This document shows, piece by piece, positions 1-10,023 of a stretch of DNA of 32,000 nt. Source of the DNA: Candidatus Saccharimonadota bacterium (lineage in GTDB: Bacteria > Pseudomonadota > Gammaproteobacteria > Enterobacterales > Enterobacteriaceae). The translations under genes and the position numbers were made by a program. The stretch is from the NCBI RefSeq assembly GCF_023585745.1, contig NZ_CP097762.1:150001-182000 (forward strand), read 5' to 3'. The notes under the pieces are model-generated. The model was given only the letters and a program-made list of their open reading frames with translations, did no database searches and was not told the DNA's origin. The first letter of the stretch is position 1. Each line of letters begins with the position of its first letter.

Positions 1-1224
1 ATTGGGACAACTAAAGTCGTTGTAATAATAGGAGAGATTTTATCTGACGGTATAATAAATGTTATTGGATTAGGACATTGCCCATCACATGGTATGGATA
101 AAGGAGGCGTAAATAATTTAGAATCAGTAGTAAAATGCGTGCAATATTCTATTAATTCAGCAGAAGCAATGGCAGGGTGTCAGATTTCATCAGTATACCT
201 ATCTTTATCTGGAAAACATATTAGTTGTAAAAATGAAATTGGTATGATTCCAATTTCTGAAGAAGAAGTAAAACAATCAGATGTAAATAATGTAGTACAT
301 ATAGCTAAATCAGTAAAAATACAAGATGAACATCGTATATTACATGTCATTCCTCAAGAATATTCTATTGATTATCAAGAAGGCATAAAAAATCCAGTTG
401 GATTATCTGGAGTCAGAATGCAAGCAAAAGTTCATTTAATCACTTGTCATAACGATATGGCTAAAAATATTGTCAAAACTGTAGAACGATGTGGATTACA
501 AGTAGATCAATTAATATTTTCTGGATTAGCTTCAAGTTATGCTGTTTTAACAGAGGATGAACGTGAATTGGGCGTATGTGTTGTAGATATAGGCAGCGGT
601 ACTATGGATATAGCAATATATACCGCTGGTTCTTTAAGACATACTAAAGTGATTCCATATGCTGGAAATGTAGTAACTAGTGATATTGCATATGCTTTTG
701 GAACTCCGGTGTCTGACGCAGAAGTGATTAAAATAAATCATGGATGTGCATTAGAATCTTTAATTAATAAAGGAGAAAACATAGAAGTACCCAGTGTTGG
801 TGGCAGACCACCACGTATTTTGCAAAAACATATGTTAGCTGAAATAATTGAGCCACGATATTTGGAATTGATGATGTTGGTAAACAAAGAAATTTTACAA
901 TTACAATCACGATTAAAACAATTTAATATTAAACATCATCTGGCAGCAGGTGTTGTGTTAACTGGCGGAGCATCTCTTATAGATGGATTGGAAGCATGTG
1001 CAAAAAAAGTCTTTCGTACTCAAGTACGCATTGCTTCTGCTATAAAGATCAATGGAATGATAGATAACATTGTTAAGCCACAATATTCTACTGTCATTGG
1101 TTTATTACATTATGGAAAGGAATCTGGTCGGAATAATGAGATAGATATAGAGACAGGGATAACCATTAAAAATTGGATAAAAAAAATAAATGATTGGTTA
1201 AAAAAAGAATTTAAAAAATTTTGA
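1..1224 (+). CDS. ftsA: Cell division protein FtsA (5' end lies upstream of the window)
   Basis: Frame 1 is open from base 1 (IGTTKVVVIIGEILSDGIINVIGLGHCPSHGMDKGGV...), so the ATG at 94 is internal. The product is near-collinear with E. coli FtsA (MDKGGVN.LESVVKCVQ, VRMQAKVHLITCHNDMAKNIVK, HTKVIPYAGNVVTSDIAYAFGTP). The C-terminal amphipathic membrane-targeting helix is present (WIKKINDWLKKEF). Confidence 0.97.
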   Translation: MGTTKVVVIIGEILSDGIINVIGLGHCPSHGMDKGGVNNLESVVKCVQYSINSAEAMAGCQISSVYLSLSGKHISCKNEIGMIPISEEEVKQSDVNNVVHIAKSVKIQDEHRILHVIPQEYSIDYQEGIKNPVGLSGVRMQAKVHLITCHNDMAKNIVKTVERCGLQVDQLIFSGLASSYAVLTEDERELGVCVVDIGSGTMDIAIYTAGSLRHTKVIPYAGNVVTSDIAYAFGTPVSDAEVIKINHGCALESLINKGENIEVPSVGGRPPRILQKHMLAEIIEPRYLELMMLVNKEILQLQSRLKQFNIKHHLAAGVVLTGGASLIDGLEACAKKVFRTQVRIASAIKINGMIDNIVKPQYSTVIGLLHYGKESGRNNEIDIETGITIKNWIKKINDWLKKEFKKF

Positions 1225-1290
1225 AAATGATAAAATATATAAAATATTGCAAATTAATTTTGAGATAACCAAATTAATATGGAGAAAATT

Positions 1291-2478
1291 ATGTTTGAAC
1301 CAATAGAATTAACAAGCGATGCAATAATTAAAGTTATTGGTATTGGTGGGGGAGGTAGTAACGCAGTGGAACATATGTTACGCGAACATATTGAAGGTGT
1401 AGATTTTTTTGCTGTTAATACTGATGCCCAAGCTTTAAGAAAAATGACAATCGGTCAAACTATTCAGATCGGTAATTCTATTACTAAAGGGTTAGGAGCA
1501 GGAGCAAATCCAGAAATTGGTCGTAATTCTGCGGAAGAAGATCGTGATATATTAAAAACTACTATAGAAGGAGCAGATATGATATTTATTGCTGCAGGAA
1601 TGGGTGGGGGTACTGGCACTGGAGCTGCACCTATAGTAGCAGAAATTGCTAAAAATTTGGGAATTTTAACTGTCGCTGTAGTTACTAAGCCTTTTAATTT
1701 TGAAGGAAAAAAACGTATGAATTTTGCTGAAAAAGGAATTTCTGAGTTATCTAAATATGTAGATTCCTTAATTACAATTCCAAATGATAAATTATTAAAA
1801 GTTTTAGGACGCGGTGTATCACTACTAGATGCATTTAGCGCAGCAAATGATGTATTAAAAGGCGCAGTACAAGGTATTGCAGAATTAATTACTCGACCAG
1901 GTTTAATGAACGTAGATTTTGCTGATGTACGTACAGTAATGTCAGAAATGGGATACGCTATGATGGGCGCTGGAATAGGATGTGGTGATGATAGAGCAGA
2001 GGAAGCATCTGAATTAGCTATTGCTAGTCCTTTACTAGAAGATATTGATTTATCTGGTGCACGAGGTGTATTAGTAAATATTACTTCGGGGTTAGATTTA
2101 AGATTAGACGAATTTGAAACTGTAGGTAACACTATACGTTCTTTTGCATCAGACAATGCAACTGTAGTGATAGGCACAGCTTTAGATCCAGATATAAGTA
2201 ATGAATTACGTGTCACTGTAGTTGCTACAGGCATCGGCGTTGATACTCGTTTAGATACTAATTCTACTAAATTGTCTAATAGTAAAACTACAATAAAAAT
2301 TGTTGGACAAAATCATTATCATAATAATCACAACTATGAAAATCAACGTGTGCCTAATTTTTTAAAAGAATCAAGACATAAATCATTAATTTCAAAACAT
2401 CAAGATGACATATCATTAATTGATAAAGATATGGATTATTTAGATATTCCAGCTTTTTTAAGAAAACAATCTGATTAA
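1291..2478 (+). CDS. ftsZ: Cell division GTPase FtsZ
   Basis: It has the tubulin signature [10 protein letters not shown] and the N-terminus [26 protein letters not shown], matching E. coli MFEPMELTNDAVIKVIGVGGGG. The conserved C-terminal peptide [14 protein letters not shown] is present. The ORF track starts at ATG 1279. The ATG at 1291 matches the E. coli N-terminus and has GGAG at 1281-1284, 6 nt upstream. Confidence 0.96.
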   Translation: MFEPIELTSDAIIKVIGIGGGGSNAVEHMLREHIEGVDFFAVNTDAQALRKMTIGQTIQIGNSITKGLGAGANPEIGRNSAEEDRDILKTTIEGADMIFIAAGMGGGTGTGAAPIVAEIAKNLGILTVAVVTKPFNFEGKKRMNFAEKGISELSKYVDSLITIPNDKLLKVLGRGVSLLDAFSAANDVLKGAVQGIAELITRPGLMNVDFADVRTVMSEMGYAMMGAGIGCGDDRAEEASELAIASPLLEDIDLSGARGVLVNITSGLDLRLDEFETVGNTIRSFASDNATVVIGTALDPDISNELRVTVVATGIGVDTRLDTNSTKLSNSKTTIKIVGQNHYHNNHNYENQRVPNFLKESRHKSLISKHQDDISLIDKDMDYLDIPAFLRKQSD

Positions 2479-2563
2479 TTTTTAAACTATTAAATATATA
2501 AAATATGATAATATCAATTTTAATCTTATAAAGATTAAAGTATCTTCAAGGATATTGGTTAAT

Positions 2564-3457
2564 ATGATAAAACAAAGAACGTTGAAACGTGCTGTACAAG
2601 TTACTGGTATAGGTTTACATACTGGGAAAAAAGTTACATTAACTTTATATCCTACTTCAGCAAATACTGGCATTATTTATCGCCGAATTGATTTAGATCC
2701 TCCGGTAGATTTTCAAGTAAATATAAAATCAGTAGGTAGTACAGTGTTACGTACATGTTTAATAAATGAATATGGTGCGCAAATTTGTACTGTTGAACAT
2801 TTAAGCGCCGCTCAAGCTGGATTAGGTATTGATAATATTATCATAGAACTTAATGCACCTGAAGTACCTATTATGGATGGCAGTGCTAGCCCTTTTGTGT
2901 ATTTATTATTAGAAGCTGGCATTGAAGAATTAAATAGCGCAAAAAAATTTCTTAGACTTAAACAAGCTGTGCGTGTTGAAGATGGTGAAAAATGGGCAGA
3001 ATTAAGACCATTTAATGGTTTTACATTAGATTTCACTATTGATTTTAATCATCCTGCTATACAAGTTAATACTCAGCATTTTTTTTTCAATTTTTCCTCT
3101 GCTGATTTTGTGCATAATATAAGTAGTGCGCGTACATTTGTATTTATGCGTGATATAAAGCATTTGCAATCCAATGGATTTGCTCTTGGCGGTAGTTTCA
3201 ATTCTGCTGTGATAATTGACGATTATAAAGTACTTAACAAAGATGGTTTACGTTTTAATAATGAATTTGTTCGACATAAAATGTTAGATGCTATAGGCGA
3301 CTTATTTATGTGCGGATATAATTTAATTGGCGCATTTATTGCTTTTAAATCTGGACATACATTAAATAACAAATTACTTAAAACTGTTTTATCATGTCAA
3401 GAAGCATGGGAAATTATAACATTTTCTAATGTATCTGATGTACCGATAAAATTTTAA
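2564..3457 (+). CDS. lpxC: UDP-3-O-acyl-N-acetylglucosamine deacetylase LpxC (lipid A biosynthesis)
   Basis: [27 protein letters not shown] is almost identical to the E. coli LpxC N-terminus. [14 protein letters not shown] and [10 protein letters not shown] are conserved. The ORF-track start at 2555 is a TTG three codons upstream; the ATG at 2564 fits the homologue. Confidence 0.95.
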   Translation: MIKQRTLKRAVQVTGIGLHTGKKVTLTLYPTSANTGIIYRRIDLDPPVDFQVNIKSVGSTVLRTCLINEYGAQICTVEHLSAAQAGLGIDNIIIELNAPEVPIMDGSASPFVYLLLEAGIEELNSAKKFLRLKQAVRVEDGEKWAELRPFNGFTLDFTIDFNHPAIQVNTQHFFFNFSSADFVHNISSARTFVFMRDIKHLQSNGFALGGSFNSAVIIDDYKVLNKDGLRFNNEFVRHKMLDAIGDLFMCGYNLIGAFIAFKSGHTLNNKLLKTVLSCQEAWEIITFSNVSDVPIKF

Positions 3458-4109
3458 TATTTTTATATTAAAAAAATTTTGTCAAAATTATATATAATAT
3501 AATTTTTTAAAATCTTTAAAAAAGATAACCAAAAATACAGATATTCTATTATATATCAAATAAAAAAATTAGTTTTTATTAAGTTATATCAACTAATATA
3601 AATTTAAATTTATAAATTTTAGTATAAATAAAAATAAACAATTTAATATTATAACAATTATTATTAATTCCTTTTATACATGAAATTTATGTGAAAACTA
3701 ATACTTTTTATAAAGGAATTTAAGTTTTAAATAAAATAATTAAATAAATAATTATTAATACTTATTATAATTAACCTATATGGTTTAAGTATTAGAAATT
3801 TTTTGTAATTTATATTACATGCAACACATTGATAATATACAAACAGATATTTATATATTAGTATAAGTTTATATATATATTAAAACACATATTTTTATAA
3901 ATAGACAGTAATGTTTCTTTTTGTAAAAGAAAATAATAGCATTTTTAATAAATCTATTTATATTAGTACCAATTAAAATACACATGTATATTAATACAAT
4001 TAATATTTATTCTGTTAGAAATGTAAATAAATTGTATATTTACCCTATGAATATATAGTGATTTTATTATCATATACATAAATAAATTATAATAATCAGA
4101 TCAAATATC
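3458..4109. other. 652-bp extremely AT-rich non-coding spacer in the position that secM occupies in E. coli
   Basis: No ORF of 60 aa or more on either strand. The composition is almost pure A/T. It is flanked by lpxC and secA, which are separated by secM in E. coli K-12. Confidence 0.75.
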
Positions 4110-6839
4110 ATGAAAGCACCGTTTAAATGGTTTACTAGGGTTTTTAAAAATAGAAACGAGCGCACGTTATATCGTATAAAAAAAACAGTGGATATTATTA
4201 ATCATATGGAAAAAAAAATAGAAAAATTCAGTGATAATCAACTTTTTTTGAAAACTAATGAGTTTCGAGAATGTGTTAAATCAGGCGTGACTCTAGAAAC
4301 ATTATTGCCTGAAGCATTTGCAATAGTGCGTGAAGCTATTAAAAGAGTATTTAATATACGTCTTTTTGATTCGCAATTATTAGGCGGTATAGTATTAAAT
4401 AATCGTTGTATTGCAGAAATGCGGACAGGAGAAGGAAAAACTTTAACTGCTACTTTGCCTGCATATTTAAACGCTTTATGTAATAGAGGGGTGCATATTG
4501 TTACAGTAAATAATTATTTAGCACAAAGAGATGGAATGAATAATAAACCATTATTTGAATTATTAGGATTAACTGTTGGAATTAATTTATCAGGACAATC
4601 TGTTACTATGAAACGTGCTGCATATGCATCAGATATTACTTATGGAACAAATAATGAATATGGATTTGATTATTTGCGTGATAATATGGTATTTACCTCT
4701 GAAGAACGCGTACAAAGAGGTTTATATTATGCATTGATAGATGAAGTAGATTCTATTTTAATTGATGAAGCTCGTACTCCACTGGTTATATCTGGGCCAT
4801 CAGACGATACTTCTTTATTATATTTAAAGATTAATGAATTAGTCTTTGGTATAATTCAAAAAAATCTTAATACTTTACAGAAAAAAAAGATTTTTTCAGT
4901 TGATGAAAAAGCTAGACAAGTTATATTAACTGAATATGGATTAGTTTTAATAGAAAAATTATTAATTCAATCTCATATCATGAAAAAAGGTGAGTCTTTA
5001 TATTCATCAAATAATCTTATATTAATGCATCATGTAAATGCAGCATTTCGTGCACATATTTTATTTTCATGTGAAGTAGATTATTTAGTTAAAAATGGGG
5101 AAATATTAATCATTGATGAACATACTGGCCGTGCTTTGCCTGGTCGTCGTTGGTCTGATGGTTTACATCAAGCAATTGAGGCTAAAGAACATGTTACAAT
5201 TCAAAATGAAAATCAAACGTTAGCGTCTATTACATTTCAGAATTATTTTCGTTTATATGAAAAATTATCTGGTATGACTGGTACTGCTAGTACCGAAGCA
5301 TTTGAATTTCAATCAATTTATAAATTAAATACTGTTATTATACCTACGAATCGTCCTATGATTCGTAATGATTTGCCTGACATAATTTATATTACAGAAT
5401 CTGAAAAAATTAATGCTATTGTTAATGATATTCAAGATTGTGTCAATCGAAAACAACCAGTATTAGTAGGAACAATATCAATTGATAAATCTGAAGTTAT
5501 TTCTCGAGCTTTAAATAAAGCTGGTATTATCCATAAAGTTTTAAACGCTAAATTTCACGCTGCAGAAGCAGATATTATAGCCCAAGCGGGATATCCCGGT
5601 GCAGTAACTATCGCGACAAATATGGCTGGACGCGGCACTGATATTATATTAGGAGGAAATTGGCGTACAGAAATTTCTGCATTACATAAAAAAAATACAA
5701 TAAAAATTGAAAAAATTAAATTTAATTGGAAAAAACGTCATGAAATGGTATTAAAATCTGGAGGATTACACGTTATAGGAACCGAACGACATGAATCGCG
5801 GCGTATTGATAATCAATTACGCGGACGTTCTGGAAGACAAGGGGATATAGGATCATCTAGATTTTATTTATCTATGGAGGATGGATTAATACGTATTTTT
5901 GCTTCTGATAAATTAGTTAATATGATAAAAAAACTAGGAATAACTTCTGGGGAAGCAATAGAGCACCCATGGATAACTAAAGCTATTGCACACGCGCAAA
6001 AAAAAGTAGAAAATCGTAATTTTGATATTAGAAAACAATTATTAGAATACGATGATGTAGCTAATGATCAACGTTGTATTATTTATGAAGAACGTAATAA
6101 ACTATTATATATGTTAGATATAAGTAATATTATATGTAATATTCGTCGTGATATTGTTAAAAAAATTTTTGATACATATATTCCTGAACCAATTATAGAT
6201 AATAAACAGAGTCTAATAAAATTAGAAACATATCTGAAAAAAGATTTCTATTTAACATTATCTTTTACTGAGTGGTTAGATGCAGACCCTTTATTATACG
6301 AAAAAAAAGAAGAATTACAACAAAAAATATTAGACAACATGATGCAACAACATAGATATGCTGAAAAATTAATTGGCTCGAAAACCATGCGTTCTATTGA
6401 AAAAAATATTATGCTAAGGACTCTTGATTCATTATGGAAAGAACATTTATCTTCAATGGATTATCTACGACAAGGTATTCATTTGAGAGGATATGCTCAA
6501 AAAGACCCTAAACAAGAATATAAACGAGAATCATTTACTATGTTTAGTAAAATGTTAGATCATTTAAAATATGAAGTTATTGGAGAAATTAGTAAAGTAT
6601 CAGCACAATTTTATAAAAAAAATACAGCAGTAAATATGTCGTCTCATTCAAATAATATTAGTTCACAATATTTAAAGTTGCAATCTATGCAAGATAAATC
6701 TATATCTTTAAGTCACTCTGTGTATAAGGAACATTTTTTCACAAAAAACAATCAAATAAATCGTAATAATTTTTGCCCGTGTGGTTCAAATAAAAAGTTT
6801 AAAGAATGTCACGGGAAAATTACATATAAATATAATTAA
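4110..6839 (+). CDS. secA: Preprotein translocase ATPase SecA
   Basis: The 909-aa product is collinear with E. coli SecA ([71 protein letters not shown]). The C-terminal zinc-binding tail [14 protein letters not shown] is retained. Confidence 0.98.
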   Translation: MKAPFKWFTRVFKNRNERTLYRIKKTVDIINHMEKKIEKFSDNQLFLKTNEFRECVKSGVTLETLLPEAFAIVREAIKRVFNIRLFDSQLLGGIVLNNRCIAEMRTGEGKTLTATLPAYLNALCNRGVHIVTVNNYLAQRDGMNNKPLFELLGLTVGINLSGQSVTMKRAAYASDITYGTNNEYGFDYLRDNMVFTSEERVQRGLYYALIDEVDSILIDEARTPLVISGPSDDTSLLYLKINELVFGIIQKNLNTLQKKKIFSVDEKARQVILTEYGLVLIEKLLIQSHIMKKGESLYSSNNLILMHHVNAAFRAHILFSCEVDYLVKNGEILIIDEHTGRALPGRRWSDGLHQAIEAKEHVTIQNENQTLASITFQNYFRLYEKLSGMTGTASTEAFEFQSIYKLNTVIIPTNRPMIRNDLPDIIYITESEKINAIVNDIQDCVNRKQPVLVGTISIDKSEVISRALNKAGIIHKVLNAKFHAAEADIIAQAGYPGAVTIATNMAGRGTDIILGGNWRTEISALHKKNTIKIEKIKFNWKKRHEMVLKSGGLHVIGTERHESRRIDNQLRGRSGRQGDIGSSRFYLSMEDGLIRIFASDKLVNMIKKLGITSGEAIEHPWITKAIAHAQKKVENRNFDIRKQLLEYDDVANDQRCIIYEERNKLLYMLDISNIICNIRRDIVKKIFDTYIPEPIIDNKQSLIKLETYLKKDFYLTLSFTEWLDADPLLYEKKEELQQKILDNMMQQHRYAEKLIGSKTMRSIEKNIMLRTLDSLWKEHLSSMDYLRQGIHLRGYAQKDPKQEYKRESFTMFSKMLDHLKYEVIGEISKVSAQFYKKNTAVNMSSHSNNISSQYLKLQSMQDKSISLSHSVYKEHFFTKNNQINRNNFCPCGSNKKFKECHGKITYKYN

Positions 6840-6865
6840 TTTATTTTAATATAAAAAATATAAAC

Positions 6866-6892
6866 ATTGTTATATGTTATGTAACAATTTTT
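6866..6892 (+). terminator. Candidate intrinsic terminator hairpin downstream of secA
   Basis: ATTGTTATAT (6866-6875), loop GTT, ATGTAACAAT (6879-6888). This gives a 10-bp stem if one U-G pair is allowed, followed directly by TTTT (6889-6892). The stem is A/T-rich, so stability is low. Confidence 0.3.
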
Positions 6893-7063
6893 AAAAATTA
6901 TTTTCAATAATGAATTCTGTTTTATATAGAATATATTTTATCTAGTATTACACACATAATATATGTGTTGTATAATAAATTTTTTTAGATTAAAAGTATT
7001 TAATTTTACACAAAAATAATTATTGTGCTTTTATGAAACAAATTAATTTTAAATAAAATTATG

Positions 7064-7695
7064 TTATATAGAATGTTTTTGTGAAATTATTTTCATATAG
7101 TTTTGGTGTAATATAATAACGCGCTTTTTTATTGTTTCAACACTATTATTATTGTAAATCACATCATCAGCATAATTTAATCTATGTCTCCTAGAGACTT
7201 GAGAACGTATAATATTTTTTGCAAGTTCTAATGTAACTTTATCTCTATTAATAACTCTATTTAATTGAATACTAGCATGCGCATCTACTACTAATATACG
7301 ATCTGCAATATTTTGTAAATTATTTTCTATTAATAAAGGTACTACCAATATTATATACTTTGATTTATTATGTGCTGAAACTATTTGTTTTTGTGTTTCA
7401 TATCTAATAATTGGATGCAATAATTTTTCTAACCATTTTTTATTGCAAGCATCTAAAAAAATTTTTTTTTTAGAAAAAAACGATTCAGTGAGCCATTAGG
7501 CAATAAAACCTCAGGCCCAAAATGTTTACGTATTGTACACAACACAGCGCTTCCAGGAGCAGTAATTTTCTTAGAAATTAAATCAGTATCTATTATAGAT
7601 ATTGTTTTATTAGATATTTTGAAAAATATTTCAGATACAGTATTTTTCCCAGAACAAATTCCACCAGTTAATGCAATAATATAAGGCATATTCAA
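7064..7695 (-). pseudogene. coaE: Dephospho-CoA kinase CoaE, split into two ORFs by one frameshift in an A10 homopolymer. It is either a pseudogene or a gene that depends on slippage.
   Basis: The N-terminal ORF (7695..7453) reads MNMPYIIALTGGICSGKN..., matching E. coli MRYIVALTGGIGSGKST. The downstream frame is open from 7495. It reads ..KKKIFLDACNKKWLEKLLHPIIRYETQ.., which aligns to E. coli [27 protein letters not shown], and runs to the stop at 7064. The two frames overlap only across the minus-strand run CTAAAAAAAAAATTTTTTTAG. One extra A, or two fewer, restores a continuous product of about 210 aa (E. coli CoaE is 206 aa). Confidence 0.85.
7462..7471 (-). repeat. A10 homopolymer (T10 on the plus strand) at the coaE frameshift site
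   Basis: Counted directly. Plus strand 7455-7461 is A7, 7462-7471 is T10, and 7474-7480 is A7. Confidence 0.95.
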
Positions 7696-8076
7696 ATTAA
7701 ATTTATTATATGTTAATTTTTATTTAATATTTTATCTAGTAAATATTTATTATTTAGTTTTTATATATGATAATCACAATCAATTATATTGATAATTTGA
7801 CTGCTATAAAAAATTAGAAATTTGATATTAAAAGTATTACAATGTGTTATACAAAACATTTAATACTGAAATATTATTAAATTTTTATAAGAAATTTATA
7901 TGACAAAAGTCATATAAAAACTGTATATGATATTTGTATTAGTATGATGTTATCATATGTATGTAATACATATATTTTACACATATTTTTAATTACATCA
8001 TCAAGGATGATATTACACAATTTTATTAATGGCAAATATTTATATATGTTTTTAAATCTTTAAAAGGAATAAGTAT

Positions 8077-8541
8077 ATGTCAAAATTATCTCATAGTAGT
8101 AGATCATCTTCTTTAAATGTATTGATAATTGCTGGAGTTACTCCATATGAATTAAAACCAAATGAAAAATATATGAGTCTTGATCAAATTATACATTTTA
8201 AAAAAATATTAGAAAAATGGAAAGATCAAATAAACAATAATATTGTCTATTACAAATCTTTATGTACTGCAGAACAAGAATCAATAAATTTTCCAGATCC
8301 AGTAGATAGAGCAGTACAAGAAGAAGAATTTAATATTAAATTACGTAATCAAGACAGAGAACGTAAACTTATTGAAAAAATTGAAAGAACTTTAAAAAAA
8401 ATTGATAAAAATAATTTTGGGTTTTGTACTTCATGTGCAGTAGAAATAGGAATTCGTCGATTAGAAGCGCATCCAACAGCTGATTTATGTATTGATTGTA
8501 AAACCTTAGAAGAAATTAGAGAAAAACAAATGACTGGATAA
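8077..8541 (+). CDS. dksA: RNA polymerase-binding transcription factor DksA
   Basis: [38 protein letters not shown] and the C4 zinc finger [25 protein letters not shown] closely match E. coli DksA. AAGGA at 8064-8068 lies 8 nt before the ATG. Confidence 0.96.
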   Translation: MSKLSHSSRSSSLNVLIIAGVTPYELKPNEKYMSLDQIIHFKKILEKWKDQINNNIVYYKSLCTAEQESINFPDPVDRAVQEEEFNIKLRNQDRERKLIEKIERTLKKIDKNNFGFCTSCAVEIGIRRLEAHPTADLCIDCKTLEEIREKQMTG

Positions 8542-8711
8542 AATATTTTATTTAAAAAATATACTTTACTATACAAATGAAAATTGCCTAATACATAGAT
8601 TATTTCTATTTTTATAGCAATAGAGTAAATTAATATATATATGAATCATCATGGAACAATATATTTTAAAGTTATATTAATAATGTATTAAATATTTTGA
8701 ATAAACTAATA

Positions 8712-9236
8712 ATGAAATTTATATGCAAAAAATTTAATAAGACAGAACGTGTTTGGATAGGATTAGGAAGTAATTTATCAAATCCGAGAAAACAAGCAAA
8801 CCGTGCAATATGGGCTCTTTCAACACTACCCATGACTCAAATAATAGCAGTTTCATCTTATTATTCTAGTAAACCATTAGGTAATAAAATACAACCAAAT
8901 TTTTTAAATGCAATAATAATATTAGATACTGGTTTGTCTCCAGAAACATTATTAGATTATACGCAATATATTGAAAAACAGCAGGGACGAATAAGAACAC
9001 CCAATACTATTGGGTCATGGCAATCACGTACATTAGATTTGGATATTTTATTATTTGGAAAATATACAATATATACAGATAATTTATTAATTCCGCATCA
9101 TGGTTTATTTAGTAGAGAGTTTGTAATATATCCATTACTTGAACTAGATAAATATTTTGTTTTTCCAAATAATAAAATTATTACAGATTTTATAAAGATT
9201 ATACCTAAGAATAATTTAATGCTTTGGAAAAATTAG
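8712..9236 (+). CDS. folK: 2-amino-4-hydroxy-6-hydroxymethyldihydropteridine pyrophosphokinase FolK
   Basis: IGLGSNL, NFLNAIIILDT, RTLDLDILLFG and LLIPHH match E. coli FolK (IAIGSNL, DYLNAAVALET, RTLDLDIMLFG, LTVPHY). The ORF-track start at 8697 is a TTG; the first ATG in frame is at 8712. Confidence 0.9.
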   Translation: MKFICKKFNKTERVWIGLGSNLSNPRKQANRAIWALSTLPMTQIIAVSSYYSSKPLGNKIQPNFLNAIIILDTGLSPETLLDYTQYIEKQQGRIRTPNTIGSWQSRTLDLDILLFGKYTIYTDNLLIPHHGLFSREFVIYPLLELDKYFVFPNNKIITDFIKIIPKNNLMLWKN

Positions 9237-10023
9237 ATAGAAAGTATTATAAATGTAAAATCAAAATTGATTAATTTAAAATTAAAAAATTTATTTTTTT
9301 ATATTTTAAAATAATATAAATATAATTTATGTATAAAAATACACTGATATTAATACAAATTAAAGATTTTTATAAAAAAATTTAATATTTAAAGTATTAA
9401 ATATTAGTTTAATTAAATGGTTTGTATTAGTAAAAAAAATGATAAATTAATATAAATATTATTGGAATTTAAATTTTATAAAATTCTTAATAAAGAAATC
9501 TATATTCAAATTTTATATTATAAAAATAATATTTTCTTTTTTAGAAGATTTAATTAATATTTATTTATATGTTTTATTGTAAATAGTTTCTAGATATATT
9601 TATTAATATTTTTAAATAAATTAAAAATTATGAAAATATCAATGTTTTTGAAAATCCTTATAAAATCACTTTTCTTCTATAAGAAATAGCAGAATTAATG
9701 ATTAATTATATCAACTTAATAAATACTGATAAACAATAATTATTTATAATTAATATTAGTTTCTAATATTTTTTAGCAATATTACTTTAAAATAAGTAAA
9801 TATAATTTAATTGAAATATATTCTTATCATCTTACCAGCATAAATTTAATATTTAGATTTTTTTGCTATTTATTAAATAAGTGCAGCACAAAATACATTC
9901 CTAATATTTAGTAATATGCCAATAAGTCTTAATAAAAAATTTCAATTTTTCAGTATTAAATACTAACTATGAAATAGTAAATATTCAATTTTTATATTTA
10001 TCAATAATTTTAAATAATTAATA
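9237..10023. other. 787-bp AT-rich non-coding spacer between the convergent genes folK and lpdA
   Basis: No ORF of 60 aa or more and no G+C island. In E. coli, dozens of genes lie between lpd and folK. Confidence 0.7.

Noticed and set aside
1464-2234. A 256-aa ORF antisense to ftsZ. There are similar antisense or alternate-frame ORFs at 2482-2673, 2812-3036, 8349-8576, 10240-10461, 11511-11726, 12176-12376, 21709-21972, 22693-22977, 25231-25431, 28008-28253, 29851-30045 and 31225-31434.
   Set aside because: Every one lies inside or overlaps a strongly conserved gene in another frame or on the other strand. The translations are low-complexity and match no family I recognise. These are shadow ORFs, which are typical opposite comparatively G+C-richer conserved genes.
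3484-3508. All-A/T hairpins just after lpxC (AAAATTATAT-ATA-ATATAATTTT, then TT). Others lie just after pyrG (21669-21689, 9-bp stem) and just after eno (AATGAGTT..AACTCATT, 23074-23100).
   Set aside because: The stems contain no or one G-C pair, or lack a following U-tract. They are indistinguishable from chance palindromes in this composition, so they are not reported as terminators.
5525-5533. TTATCCATA, an 8-of-9 match to the DnaA box TTATCCACA.
   Set aside because: It is a single imperfect site inside the secA coding sequence, with no cluster and no adjacent AT-rich unwinding element in an origin context.
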